This document shows positions 51,323 through 63,987 of a stretch of 64,000 nucleotides of DNA, in pieces. The position numbers and the translations under genes were made by a program. The notes beneath the pieces were generated by a model. That model saw only the letters and a program-made list of their open reading frames with translations, did not search any database and was not told where the DNA came from. Positions within the stretch are counted from its first letter, which is position 1. The number at the start of each line of letters is the position of its first letter. This DNA comes from Fimbriosthenelais zetlandica. Its lineage: Eukaryota. The stretch is taken from the NCBI GenBank assembly GCA_977030845.1, contig OZ365109.1:42284001-42348000 (forward strand), in the 5' to 3' direction.

Positions 51323-52855
51323 GTTTGTATACGGCTTAGCAACTTGATTTGGGCTCTGTTTTTTTCATTAAATGAGTATTAGTTGGAGGCACCTCCATGT
51401 ATCTATGTGGTTTATGTGCTACTAAAATTAATTTAAAATTTCGATTTTTCAGAATGGAGTCAATTTGAGGTCTATAGCATTGATCTCTATGGAAGGAGCA
51501 AACTAGCGCGACGGAGGTGACCCGAGGTTTGCAACTAGCTTGGTATAATCAACGATAGGACTATACCAATGGGGTGGGATTAGGTATATCATCATGGGGA
51601 GTAGGTGAGATTGGTGGTGGAATTAGGGATGGGGGCAGGGCAAGGCGTATGTTAGCTGGGACTAAGTAGGCCTACGGGCAATATCGATGGGGACTTATTT
51701 TTTTTGGTGAGGTGGGAGCGGGAGGGAGTGGATGGGAATTAGGGTATAGGCCTAAGGGGCTGGGGTTCAAAAATAAAGATGGAATTTAGGGGTTGGGCTG
51801 GACGGGGGATGGGATACTTGTTTGTCATTGAGAACATACATGTAGTAAAATTCTACGTATTTATAGGTTGATTTGGGCCCCTTCCTCCTCCCCCCCCCCC
51901 AAAGAAAAACAAAGTTGACTGGGAAATCCCCTCCCTACATCACCCGCATGAACTTTTATCTTTTTTTTTTTAATCAATTGTGCCTCTCAGAAATGAGTGA
52001 AATACAAAGGAACAAAGCTAAAAAGAAATCCAAGGTATTAATTAATTTTATTGAATGAACTTAGGGAAGTGCTTTCTATACATCGGTCTCTCCCATATCT
52101 CAAAGCGGCTCTTTAGTTCCAGATGAGGCTGGAAGTAAATCACTTCATTTTACTCTCTAAGAAGCCTCATTGTGTGAACCCTCTGGCCGATTTTTTAATT
52201 CAGTTCATGAGCTCTATACAAATATAACTAAATAATTCTTGCTTACTTATTGTGAGAAGTACGTGCAATCATCTTAAAGCTTTTCATCATGATATATAAT
52301 CAAAATATAATTGTTTTTCTTGAAAATTAATCAGTCACAATATTTGCATAATTATGAACATTGGTAAATGATATATAAATTCAGGAAATGTAAGTCAAAC
52401 AAAGTGCTCTGCACTTGTCCTGAAATGCATACAGAAATCCAAAGTAGGCTGTACATGTATATGTGCCGGTGCATTACATGTATGTAATGGGCCTATACTA
52501 AGCTGAAAATGCACTGAAACTATAAACCCGCTCACATGGCAAGAAATTGATGCCTAAACATTCACAGGGCTTGGTCGGAAATTAAGTTGCTATAGTCATG
52601 AAACATCATTATCAGATTTTTAGTTGAGATTCAATGGCACCTGCCATTATATCAATGCCTTGAAGTAAAAATGCATGCATTAGTTTCTAATTGAATGTAG
52701 GTACGCTAACATGTTTCACTTGCAAGCCTGGAATTATTATAGAGATTTAAATGGTTTATATCTGTCTATATTCATTCCCCCTATACCTGAGCAATTATTC
52801 CCCAGGGAATACAGACGGAGATTAATTGTCACCACTGATAACATACAATAATTAA

Positions 52856-53771
52856 AGGGATATGAGCTTTTTAGAGATTTCACTGAAAATGGACGTAACT
52901 GCTCTTCTTTTTATTAATACACGAAATAGGACCTGTATTTATAATTAATTCAAAATTTGGAGACTTGGCTGCTATTGCTATGTTAAATTGCAAAGGGTAG
53001 CAAGATAAGTCACAATTTGCACTGTTTTCATTAGTTTCACATTTCTCCACACTGGTGGTACACTCATAAGTGTTGTTTTCAAGAGGAATTTCCTGGCTAG
53101 TCTAGGCCCTTAGAAAGTCAAGTGCCTTTTTTTCTCTTTTTTCACTCATTGACATGTATATTTTGGGCATTTTGAATTTTCCTGTTTCTTTTTCATGAAT
53201 AAACCACATATGTACTGCAACGTTCCAGAAAAACAGAAAGCGATGACGTCACGTTTTGTGTGCACTTCTGCGAAAGAAGGTCCTACCAGTACATTTTTAT
53301 TTTTTATGCTATTTTTCTTTCAATGCGTTAGGATTTCGACACTCATTATCAGTCAAACGTGACTCCGGTACATGTATTCTTGATTATATCGGCCCTTGCT
53401 TAGTCAGTGTTTATTTCCTACCCTGGCTAGGAAGCATAATGTTTTGTCTAGAAACATTGTTACTATAGACGTATGGGGTATAACAATTCTTGTAACCCAC
53501 AGATGTCTAATTGATCCATGGGTTACAAGTAGAAGTGAACACATCTGGCTTACACACAATTAGAGAAACAATTTCAAAATGAACAGTTTCTCTAATGAAA
53601 TGCGCAGAAATATGTAAATTTTGTATATATATATTCCAGGTTATATTTCTATTTGAACCATGAATACACTTCAGTTTTATATCACAAGAATGCTGTTTTC
53701 TATTTTAATTTCAAATAACCTCAAAATAAACTGCAACGTCAATGATATAAGTTTCTATCTAAAAGTTCATA
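52856..53771. mobile_element. Possible older TTAA-type element whose right end is interrupted by a MITE
   Basis: TTAA|AGGGATATGAGCTTTTTAG at 52852. A partial inverted match CTAAAAGTTCATAT at about 53758-53771 abuts the next element. Confidence 0.3.
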
Positions 53772-53773
53772 TA

Positions 53774-54069
53774 ACGTAAATGCCGGTGTATAAGACGCGC
53801 CTTTTTCATTTTTGACCAGTTGTGACTTAAATATACAGCGATTTGTCTAAGGATTTATCTCAGAACATATGTCCTGCCGACTGGCCACGGGACAGTCGCT
53901 GCACCCCATCGCTATCAAAAAAAGTGCGACTTCCCATTATTACATAGATCCCTCATTCATTCACATCCCACATGCAACCTATACATCAATGCGTCTAATA
54001 TGTGGATTTGTCCATAATTTTCCTTGCTGAGACCTATAGACGGGGTGACATATCTTCCGGTATTTACGG
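53774..54069. mobile_element. Degenerate pogo/Tc2-type MITE, 296 bp
   Basis: TA|ACGTAAATGCCGGTGTATAAGACG ... CTTCCGGTATTTACGG|TA. Related to the neighbouring young MITE. Confidence 0.65.
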
Positions 54070-54281
54070 TATAGTATACTCATTTAATTTTTACATTATA
54101 CTACAACTCTGGAATGTGCTACATAATCGGGAATGTGATCAAAACATTCCTTGAAACATTGAGAATTTATAATATAGTTTGGGTTGTTCATTATAAACAA
54201 GTGATATTGTACATTATGTACAATATATTGACTGTATGTACATACATCCAAGTGAATTTGTCATGCATCTGTAATTATATA

Positions 54282-54684
54282 CCGTACTTGCCGGTGTATA
54301 ACGCGCAACTTTTTGACCTGGTAATTGGCCAAAATCGGGGCCTGCGCGTTATACACCGGAGCGCATTATATATGGATTTTTCTCACATGGTGACTGCCAA
54401 ATTCGGTCTAAGTTCGGCGGGACCATGCTTGTCAGACTTCAAAGAGACGCATGGTGGGAGGCAGCCGACTATGTCCACGGATTAGTGGGAGGCTAATTAG
54501 TCCATACAGAAAAGCTATGTTGCCTTGAGATGGCTATTGTGTCTGGGAGGACGCTGTCTGGGGTGGGAGAAACGGGTATACAAATTGCGCGTTATACACC
54601 GGTGCGCACTATATATGGATTTTACTTGAGAGGTAGGGGGGTGCGCGTTATAGTCCGGAGCGCGTTATACACCGGCAAGTACGG
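54282..54684. mobile_element. Young pogo/Tc2-type MITE, 403 bp
   Basis: Perfect 25-bp TIR CCGTACTTGCCGGTGTATAACGCGC with TA on both sides (54280-81, 54685-86). Internal copies of GCGCGTTATACACCGG at about 54346 and about 54587. CCGTA termini with TA target duplication are typical of the Tc2/pogo group. Confidence 0.92.
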
Positions 54685-54696
54685 TATACTGTACTT

Positions 54697-55520
54697 TTAT
54701 ACATCCGAAGTTTTGTCTTTCACTTCATACAGAGGGTTTATTCCTGCCTCAGAATCATCGGTAAGGTAATCATGGTCAACTAGCTTTTTACCGTCATTGT
54801 CCTTATCACTTGTAAGATCATTGTTGATTTCAGAGAGGTCATAAAGTTGATTGGTAAAATGGCAACTTTTGCCGTCAGGCTTAGAAGCGTCATACGCAGC
54901 CGGCAAATGTTCGTTCTCATTGGGATCTGCGTCTAGTCGCTGTCGCTGGAAGGGCGAATTGCGTCGATGGCGCCACCATATGACCAAGGCTATAATTATA
55001 ACTGCTACAGCAAATATGGCAAGCAAAGGTCCCACCACTACTCCAATAGGTGGGCCACCACGAGATTTCTCTTTGGTGGCAGTTATTGTGGTGGCTTCAG
55101 TAGTTGTCGTGGTAGTAGGGGTAGTGGTGGTGGTAGTACGGGTAGTAGTGGTGGTTGGTGTTGGGGTTGGAGTGGGTTTGGGGGTTGTGGTTGTTGTAGG
55201 TGTTGGGGTAGTTGTAGGTGTTGTGGTTGTGGTGGTTATTGTAGTTGGTTTCGGTGTAATAGTCGGGTTGGTGACAATCGTGGTAGATGAAGTTGTGATG
55301 CTTGTTTCTGTAGTAGATGCAGTTGTGGTTGTTGTTGTAGGAGATGTTGTTGGGGATGTGGGTGAAGTGGCGTTAGTGACATTAGTGGTGGTGGAAAGTG
55401 TTGTTGAAGTAGATGATGGAATAACTGGTATCGGAGTTGTTGGTTCAGTGGTGGTGGTCGTTGGTGAACTCGTAGTTGTAGTTACAGTTGATGTTGTAGT
55501 TGTTGATGGATAAAGAGGAT
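54697..55520 (-). CDS. Terminal coding exon: Thr/Pro mucin stalk, transmembrane helix, Tyr-motif tail
   Basis: Thr-rich run, then [25 protein letters not shown], then the RHRR stop-transfer segment. The tail ends ...[13 protein letters not shown]. Confidence 0.9.
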
Positions 55521-58500
55521 CTGCAGGGAGACAAAGCAGTGAAGATAATAAGTCAAATGTAATCAAAACATTATAATAGTGTAATAATGGCAAATGTCAC
55601 GATTATAGATCACATGTCAGCCCATGTGACAGTTCCTGTGACTTATGACCCCAATTATAAAAAAAAACTATCCCACAAAACACGTTATACCTAACCATCA
55701 GGCATCATGGATGTCTTCCAACCCATATTATAACAATGCAATTCAGAGTAAGACGATGACAGCTCGATTGTGCTCCCAGAATGGCAAGGCAAATATTGTT
55801 CAATATTTACCTAGATATATGGCCAATATGGCCTACGGAAGACTATTTTACCTGAACAAATGACACCAGCATCTTCAAAGTGGTAGCAGTCATGCCTGCC
55901 CAGACCTTGGTGGGGACAGTCTTCTAGAGTCGTCTCATTACCAACACATCTTATCTCATCTAACCAAATGGGTCCCTGTCCTTGTCCAAAGCGAGCATTG
56001 CCAACCGCTTTACCTTTCGTGTAGTTGAAGTGACTGAAGGAATCACGGATATGGCCGATGAGCACAAACACATATTGGTTATTCATAATTTAGAACAAGT
56101 ATTTCGACGAGTCAAGAAATCTATGGTTGGATCCAGAGGGTAGGATGGAGTGTTGTCCTTTAGGAATTGTATATTTATTGTTTTCTTGGGATGAGGGCAC
56201 AAGGATGGGCACCCTATCAAATACTTGGATATCATCTTTAAAAATAGCTTGTTCACAGGGGGATTCTGTTAGTTCCATTCATACAATGGTGAATGCCATT
56301 TTGGAATTAAGTACAGTTTTAATCAATTCTGTGCACGACTGAATCTATTTCATTCAGGAGGGATTTGCCTATACATGTACATGTCTTAAACATAGTTAGC
56401 CTACATGAAAACAGGCAATAGCTATGCTCTAATTTAACAACATCAGAGAAAAGGAGATCTGTTCTATACCTACTGCTTCCTGACCACATTAGGATTAAGC
56501 AACGAAAAATTACTAACTTGCAAACCACTGTCGCATCATTGTCATCCCAGTTATCATCACAAACAGTGCCCCACTCTTCAATCTCTGTGATATAGATTTC
56601 CACGCGACCCCGGCCAGGGATCTCACTTCCAACCAGGGAATAATTCGCAAACCCTAGACAATGGAGAGCAATCAGATTACATGAAGATCTCATTTTCAGT
56701 GAAATACATATTCACCAATTAGATAGACAACCGATTATTACTTACTCATTCGATTTTCGAAACATTTGACGGAGGCATCTCTACCGTGATTTTCACATCT
56801 GAAATTGTTAAAAAGTCACAATTTAGTAGGAACATAGATCACTAGTTTCATGGCCACAATGTTTGGCTGCGGTACTATACGCTAGTCTAAATGAAACAAA
56901 CATGGTATGGAGCTCCGGCAGAATATAACTTTAGAAGCACCTGTAATAACTGTAGACTTCCCAAGTAGTATTCCATCCTGAATTGGGACATAAGAGTAAG
57001 CTGGTCTCATTGCCAGCACACGAGAAAGATTGAACCCACACAGGACCTGTCCCTGCACCATAGTGAGAACCACTATGAGCCAAACCATCCCGGAAGCCTA
57101 AAATATCAAATGCAAACATCTCATTAAAAGTTAGCCAATAAAGGTTTCATATAAACGAGAAAGTAAGGTTAAGAATGCTTTGGACATGTTTATAAATAAA
57201 AATGTTTACCAAGTAATTTGAAATTTGTAAGTTAAGCTTACCAAATTGGGAACAGATGACTCTCGCATCAGCAATGTTCCATCCAAGGTCACACACTGTT
57301 CCCCATGTATCGTTGTATTTGATCTCAACTCTCCCAGTGGAATTATTATTATTGGTTCCAGCAAGACGATATTCAATTTCTGTAAGCAAATTAAGAACAA
57401 TAGTTCCATAAGATCATAAACAACTCCTTTTGGAAACGATTGTGGCCAAATACATTAGTCGAATTTACATGAATAATATCAGGTTTTGAGATAAAGTTCG
57501 AGTATTCCCCGCTCAGGACATACTGGACTTGCCCTATTTTTCAGCGCTCTAATCGGTGCTCCCATTGGATGAATTGCGGATGGAAACCCTCGGGGATCCC
57601 CTCAGGTCTCCATCCACAATTGAGCCAAGGGGCATACCACCAGCAAACTTTCTCCTCGGTTATTTCTATATATACTCACGGCCTTGTTCTTCGTGATAGC
57701 AGACAACACCACCTTCGAACACATTGTTCTCACATGCGTACTGATCTCCCCACTTTGTGTACTTGCAATTAATGAGTGAATCTTCATCGCCATTACAAGT
57801 GACATTACTCATAAGAACAGGATAAAAATTGACGGCGATATGTTGGTAAGGCGTTCCACCAGCGTAGCCCATGTCTCTACAAGTCACATTAGCCTCTTCG
57901 AAGCTATAGTTGTTCTTGCAGATCCTGCCCCAGATTCCATCAATCTGAACAAGCGGGATTCCATAATAGTGGGTGCTTAAGTCATCCACAAAGAATTTGA
58001 CGGCAAAACCTGCAAGTAAATTTATATACCACTGTTACAGTAGTGATTTTCATTTGTGTGTTTCACTTTGAAGGGCAAAAAGGAAAACGTCCCCATGAAA
58101 TAAATACTGTAGGCCTAAATTGCAGTAGCCTATCCATGGAGGCCTATATTTGAGGGAAGTGAATATACTACCCCTCCCTCCTCCCCCCTTACTGAAATGT
58201 TTTAGACTTAGTAAGTTAAGTTGATCAGTATTTATTAGGTATTTATGACGATACGATTAATGCAATGTTTTGCCTTTTGTTTGGGTCAAATTTACTAATG
58301 ACATGGCAAGGGCTCTTGGATGCTCGCAATCTTGACTATATTTGACTATATTATGGAGAATTAGTATACGTATGAATATGTTAAACACTAATTGGTGCAA
58401 AGCTTTTTTCCTATGTAGTTCTGACCTAATTATAGCTGGCTGCATGATGTCTCAGTAGGGATACATGTAAATCAATACCTAAACAAGATAAGTCGACCCA

Positions 58501-61500
58501 GAGCAAGAAATTCATGAACGTCAGCCATCTTTAGCAAGTATGATGTCATTGGATGTCATATGGTGTTGGGTACTCAATCAAAATGAGGAAGAGGTTGGGC
58601 ATTAGCTGGACTGAACTGTTAGATGGCCGTATAGAAAATCGGTAATCTGATTGGATAACCTAAACCACGTGTGACATCCTGTGACATCACAATTGCTAAA
58701 AGATGGCTGCCCTTTGACTGGGGGAATGTTAAAGCATCCCTTTATAGATTTTAACAGAACTCACCACTATCGACGATGGTTTCGTTGCTGCAATAAACAG
58801 AAGCATAACTGCCAGAGGAACAGGTAGTGTTGGGATCGAGTTCAGCTATCTGACACTGTGAGAGGTCATTCTCCTCGCCAGTACATTTGATGGAGGATAT
58901 TGTAGTGTTGTATGGTATGCGACCAAAAGCATGATTTGGTACAGCCTTGCCATCAGTCTGGCCTATCGTTCGACAAGTTACAGCAGCTTCTTTATCAGTC
59001 CAATCATCCTGACAGATAAGGTTCCAGGTGTCTTCAAGGTAGAGCCGGACTACTCCCATTGTTTTATTAGGTTTAATGCCAACAGTCACTGCAATAGTTC
59101 AGAAACAAGTTGTGTTTAACAGTTCTGGTATAGAGCAAGGGGTACCGGTATATATAGAGGCCAATTATCGGTACCTGACATGGTTTACTACTATCAAGCT
59201 CAGAATAGTACCATCCATTAATCAATATCACTTATCGCCCAGAAATGCTGTCAGGACATACCATTGCTGAAGCAGTAGACAGATGCATCATGACGATGAG
59301 TCTGACAGTTTCTTGTCCCTGGATCGCTTACGGCAGAGTCCCATCCTTCGTGTGCACATTCCATCAAGGATTTCTCTGTACCATTACAGTGAATGTGACT
59401 CAGCCAGATGGTACCATTCCCAGGACCAAAGTGTGCACTTTTCAGTGCAAGGCCATCTACGTAGCCATTCTGTGTACAGAGGGCCTAGGAGAGAAACCCA
59501 TAGTTGCAGGAAACAATGCAAGGTTTTACTTGATAGCTACAGTGGCTTTGTCGTATCCACAGATGGTTTGTCACTGTCCCCTGTCCGATACCCTATACCT
59601 GCAGGCCGGCCTGATCATTTTTGCAAAGCATTTTTCCCAATGATAATGTCATATTTTATTTTATAATGTATGGTAATATTAATATTATCTCTGATTATCA
59701 TTACCTTAGCATCTTTTTTATCCCATGACTGATCACAGACGGTTCCCCATTCACCGTCCACACTGACCTCAACTCGACCTTGGTTCACTGTTGGTCCATC
59801 AGCAATACGGAAGACAATGGCTGAAATGATAATAGAAAAATTTGTAGATTTCTAGACCTTAAGGGATTGTTTATTTTAACTTCTAAGAATACTATATAGA
59901 CTGTTTTAATATTGGCTACCAATTGGTGAATTTCTCTGCGAGAAGATTCTCGACCTCAATAGATCTGAAACAGTAGTATATAAATAAATATTTTTTCACA
60001 GTCCCAAAGGCATCTATTAGGGCACATATTCTGACTTTCTTAAAGGCCACATGAATCATCGTCCCTTACTTGTAGCATTGTTAAAGCAGAAAGCTCCTGC
60101 ATCATGGCTGCTGTCACAGTCTCCCAGGTTGGTATGGTTCAGATGTGGGCACTCCATCAAGCTGCCTTCATTTCCAGTACAATTGAACTGATTCAGAATA
60201 TAGGGCTTTCTAAACCTAGAAAGTAGATAAAATTACTGACATTTAACTAATTCAGGGCTAATTACCAAGTGCAGATTCTGTAATTCAGTTGGATTAAAAT
60301 AACTAAGGCCGGGCTGACTTACGGCTTGTCTGCTGTCCTCACTCTAGTTTGTCCAGCATGGATGTAAGCAATGCCATGGGCATAACCATTCATACGACAA
60401 TACACAAGGGCTTCATGGTCATCCCATTCATTGGGGCAAATACGGTTCAGTCTATTCCAGTGTTCTACTATTATTCGTCCATGTGTTGCTGATTTATTCT
60501 CAAAGCGGAAAGCGTAGGCTGAAAGAAACTCAGTTCATCACATAAAGCGGCCATTTACAGGGGATCTGCAGCGCGTTTCACTGCACTATAGATCTAGGTT
60601 AGTTTGATCTAGATTACCAATGCTGGACTTAAATTCCTGGTATTATGGTATCAACACTGGATCTGGGAATCACAGTTCAGGTCATAAGCAAATTCAATTA
60701 ATCAAATAAGGTACTGCCAAAAATAAGTGGAACAGTGGGCAGATAATTATATGGACTAAAACCAGTCTTTCGAGTATAGAGCCAATGACCTAGAATGCCT
60801 AGAATTAGGCTAAAACTAAATCTAGATCATAAAGTATTAATATCATTGATCTGTGAAGGAACTTTTTTCAATGGAGATTTATCGTGTATACCCCAAATTA
60901 ATGCAGCAAATAAGTCCAAAATTCCTTAAATATTTCCGCATAATAATGACATGTACATGAATGAGCTTACCTGTATCATTTACAACTTCCTCTTCGTTGA
61001 AACAATAAACAGAAGCGAATTTCTGGCTTTCACACCCATCAGCAATCTCACACTGATCAATATCATTCTCATTGCCAGTACACTGAAGAGAAGACGTATT
61101 GAGCAGCTTGTAAGTTGACCTTCCCCAGGCAGAGCAACATAATGACCTGCCATAAGCAAAGCCCAAAGATCGACAGATCACATTGGAAGAGGCTTCAGTA
61201 AAGTTGTCATCACAGACACTGAACCAGGTCTCATTGAAGTGATGCACCACAGCACCAAACGTTTCATTATTACTCCTTGTACTGTCCAGTCGAACTGAAA
61301 ATATCAAAGTAGCAAATTTATAATGGTGTTTAATTCAGTAGTAGTTAGATCATACAAAATATTGTGCACACTTTAAGACATCACTAGACAAATATTAAGT
61401 GAGTTTGCAAAATATCTCTCAGATCATTTGCAATTAGGGCTTAATATACTTATAAATATGATGACTAAAGAAGAAACAAAAGATAATTTATTGCAGATAG

Positions 61501-63987
61501 AGATTACTGCGTGTAGTATTTGATACCTGATCTGAAGCATTGTACACCAGCATCATTTTCATGGCTGGAACAGCTGGAGTAGCTGGTTGGGTTGAATCCA
61601 TAATGTGGACATTCTGACAAGGTGTTCTCTGAACCATTACAGTAATATCTCAACATCCAGGCTTGCGAGTCCTGATCACCTTTCCCAAACTCCGAGTCAT
61701 GCACTGCCTTGCCATCAACATAACCTGCAGAATTGTCAAGTTATCTGAGATAAGGCCCAAGGAAAAAGTTCTGAGCAATCCCAGGATCGATCTCGCCACA
61801 CCTATGCTATGTTTTGCAATGTAACCATCGATCCAGAAAAATATGACAATCACAAATAAAGAACTTATTATATATTCCAGGGAAATGTTCAGTGCAAGTC
61901 TCTCTAATGCACTTAAAAAGGGAAAAACTAACTGACCTAATTGTTTGCAGAGCACCTTTGCATCATTGTTATCCCAGTAGATATCACAGACTGTTCCCCA
62001 TTCTCCTTCGACGCTGACCTCAACTCGACCACTTCTACCAGTCTTGTCACCATTGACCAGCCGGAAATAGACGCCTTGGAAGAAAATAACATTTCTCAAC
62101 ATTATAGTGACGACTACTATACTGTATAGTCTCTACTAACGACCACTCCTCTAAAACGACCACATCCCTATAGTGATATTAAGTGGGAAGAACAAAGACA
62201 TAATGCCCACAGTAAAGATCGCGAAGGTGAAAATACCCTTATTCCTTCATTTCAGAACCAAGTTTGGGCACAACAGTTGTACTCTACACAGTAGGCTTCA
62301 TATAAAAATTCGAAGGATTCAGTAAGACCTTTTTTGTACGTACCGTAATGATATACAATTTGAGAAAAATGACCTTTGGAAGGACATACAATTCGGCTAA
62401 AATACAAATAATTGAAAAGAAATTACTTACCACCCTTGGTGTAACAAAAGACACCAGCTGTGTGTCTGGTGCTACATTGCCTGACTTTTCCCCATTCATA
62501 AGATTCACAATCATAGAGTCTTGTTTCGTTACCGGTGCAGTTAAAGCCACCCGTCCACCATGGCCCTTCTGCACCAAGAATACTAGAATGAAACGAGATA
62601 TTCAAACACTTTAATTGATTGGTACATTTGGCATCTGGATGCTCTAAGACGTTAGCCACATATTGGAAAATAACAACTGATGGAATTATTGAGGTTATCA
62701 CCTTGAACTGGAAACGTAGTGTTTATAAGCCTGTCCGTATGGGTAATTCATCTCACGACAAGCTACCTGAGCATCATCATCATCCCAGTCATCACTACAG
62801 ATACGACCTCTGACACCAGAGTAAGTCAACCTCAGTCGCCCAGTGTATTGGGTTTTTCCAGTGGGAACAATGTTTAGTACATAGTCTAATAGATAGAGAC
62901 AAACGTATCATGAAAATGTCCATAATAATTATTAATATTATGTTGAATTGACAATTTTCCCTATACACTAAAACTATGAGCATGTAAAGTAAGCTATGTG
63001 TTCTGGGCATCCCACTAGGAGGTTTTCACATGGCTTGAGCTGCACCCAGTCTTTGTTTCTTGTAGAAAACAGAAGGCTTGGGTGCGGTTAGGTAATTTAC
63101 CTCTATATCAAAGTTTCTGGGTTAACTTCAAGTCTTGTGCAAATGGACTAAAGGCAGTCTAGGTTAGTTTGATTTGGGCTGTTTGACCTAAATTCAGAGA
63201 TGGGCTGAGAAGTTTTAGTAATAGTTCTTACTAAGTTCCTGTAGGGCATACCATAAGTTCGAGATATGTCTCGCAGACTTCAGGTTTAATATAGTCTTAA
63301 TAATGCAGATTAATCCTGAAGGTCAGCTTACCTGTAGGCGTATTTGTATCATTGCGACATATGGCTGTGGCATAAGTACAGTTTTGGTTCTCGCCCACGG
63401 TTTCTTTCGTACAATCCGTTAGGTTTTTTTCATTGCCAACACAATCAAACTTGGTGTAGATACGGGGGCGGTAATGATGTCCATAGGCGTTACAGCAAAT
63501 GGCATAACCAGCAACGTATCCCAACTGTTTACATGTTACATCTAGTAATGAAGAGAAAAACAAAATATATCAGAATAAACGGAGTAAATGGCTACAATGT
63601 ATTTGTAAATAATTATAATTTGTAAATCGGATAATTATTGCAAAGCATATTTTCTTGAAAAAACTTAGAACTCAGAGACCGTGACTAAGAACTGGCTCTT
63701 CTGTTTATAAATAATAGACAATTACAGAATGGCAAAATTGATTGCTGTGCCACCTAGTGTATAAAGATCCACTTGTAAACATGGATATTCCGGTTTAATT
63801 TCTATAGATCTGTAATTGCCCCTATATAGTACTTAATAATATCTTGTGGTCTTTTCCATAACAGTTTAAAACTTACTAGCATCAACTTCATCCCACTCAT
63901 CATCACAGACTGTGTTCCATTCACTATTTTTGTAAATTTCAACAACTCCAGCAGGTGACGGGTAGGATATCCAATTGTTAAGACGTA
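54697..63987 (-). CDS. Type I membrane scavenger receptor cysteine-rich (SRCR, DMBT1/CD163-like) protein, 5' incomplete: at least 10 SRCR domains, mucin stalk, TM helix, cytoplasmic tail
   Basis: 19 exons (minus strand): 63987-63877, 63541-63332, 62885-62702, 62582-62431, 62074-61937, 61724-61527, 61294-60971, 60518-60323, 60215-60070, 59820-59705, 59484-59262, 59088-58765, 58009-57680, 57379-57242, 57097-56941, 56798-56746, 56653-56518, 56033-55852, 55520-54697. About 1380 codons, all phases compatible. Motifs GRVEV...WGTVCD..W, FG.G.GPIWL..I.C.G.E and H.EDAGVIC. The gene continues past the window end. Confidence 0.93.
58520..58711. mobile_element. Hairpin MITE-like element in an SRCR intron
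   Basis: Arms 58520-58564 (gtcagccatctttagcaagtatgatgtcattggatgtca) and 58664-58711 are diverged reverse complements. Confidence 0.7.
62122..62291. mobile_element. Small TA-flanked MITE (Tc1/mariner-type) in an SRCR intron
   Basis: TA|CTGTATAG ... CTACACAG|TA. The internal AAAACGACCACATCCCTATAG matches a reversed fragment at about 27495-27520. Confidence 0.5.

Larger units (their letters stand above)
49780..51800. repeat. Composite repeat: inverted arms plus about 710-bp direct repeat plus about 150-bp subrepeats
   Basis: 49790-50110 is the diverged reverse complement of 51060-51340. 50670-50830 recurs at 51380-51540. 50020-50160 recurs at 50170-50340. Confidence 0.85.

Noticed and set aside
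44100-54000. LIM-domain exons expected for a PDLIM gene
   Set aside because: Searched by eye for CxxC...HxxC-type exons. None found; the Cys-containing ORFs at 46216 and 47036 lack LIM spacing.
54851-55513. 220-aa Val/Gly-rich plus-strand ORF
   Set aside because: Antisense shadow of the Thr-rich mucin exon of the SRCR gene.
56090-56342. Short ORFs in the intron within SRCR domain 10
   Set aside because: No SRCR motifs, and the flanking exons join in frame without them.
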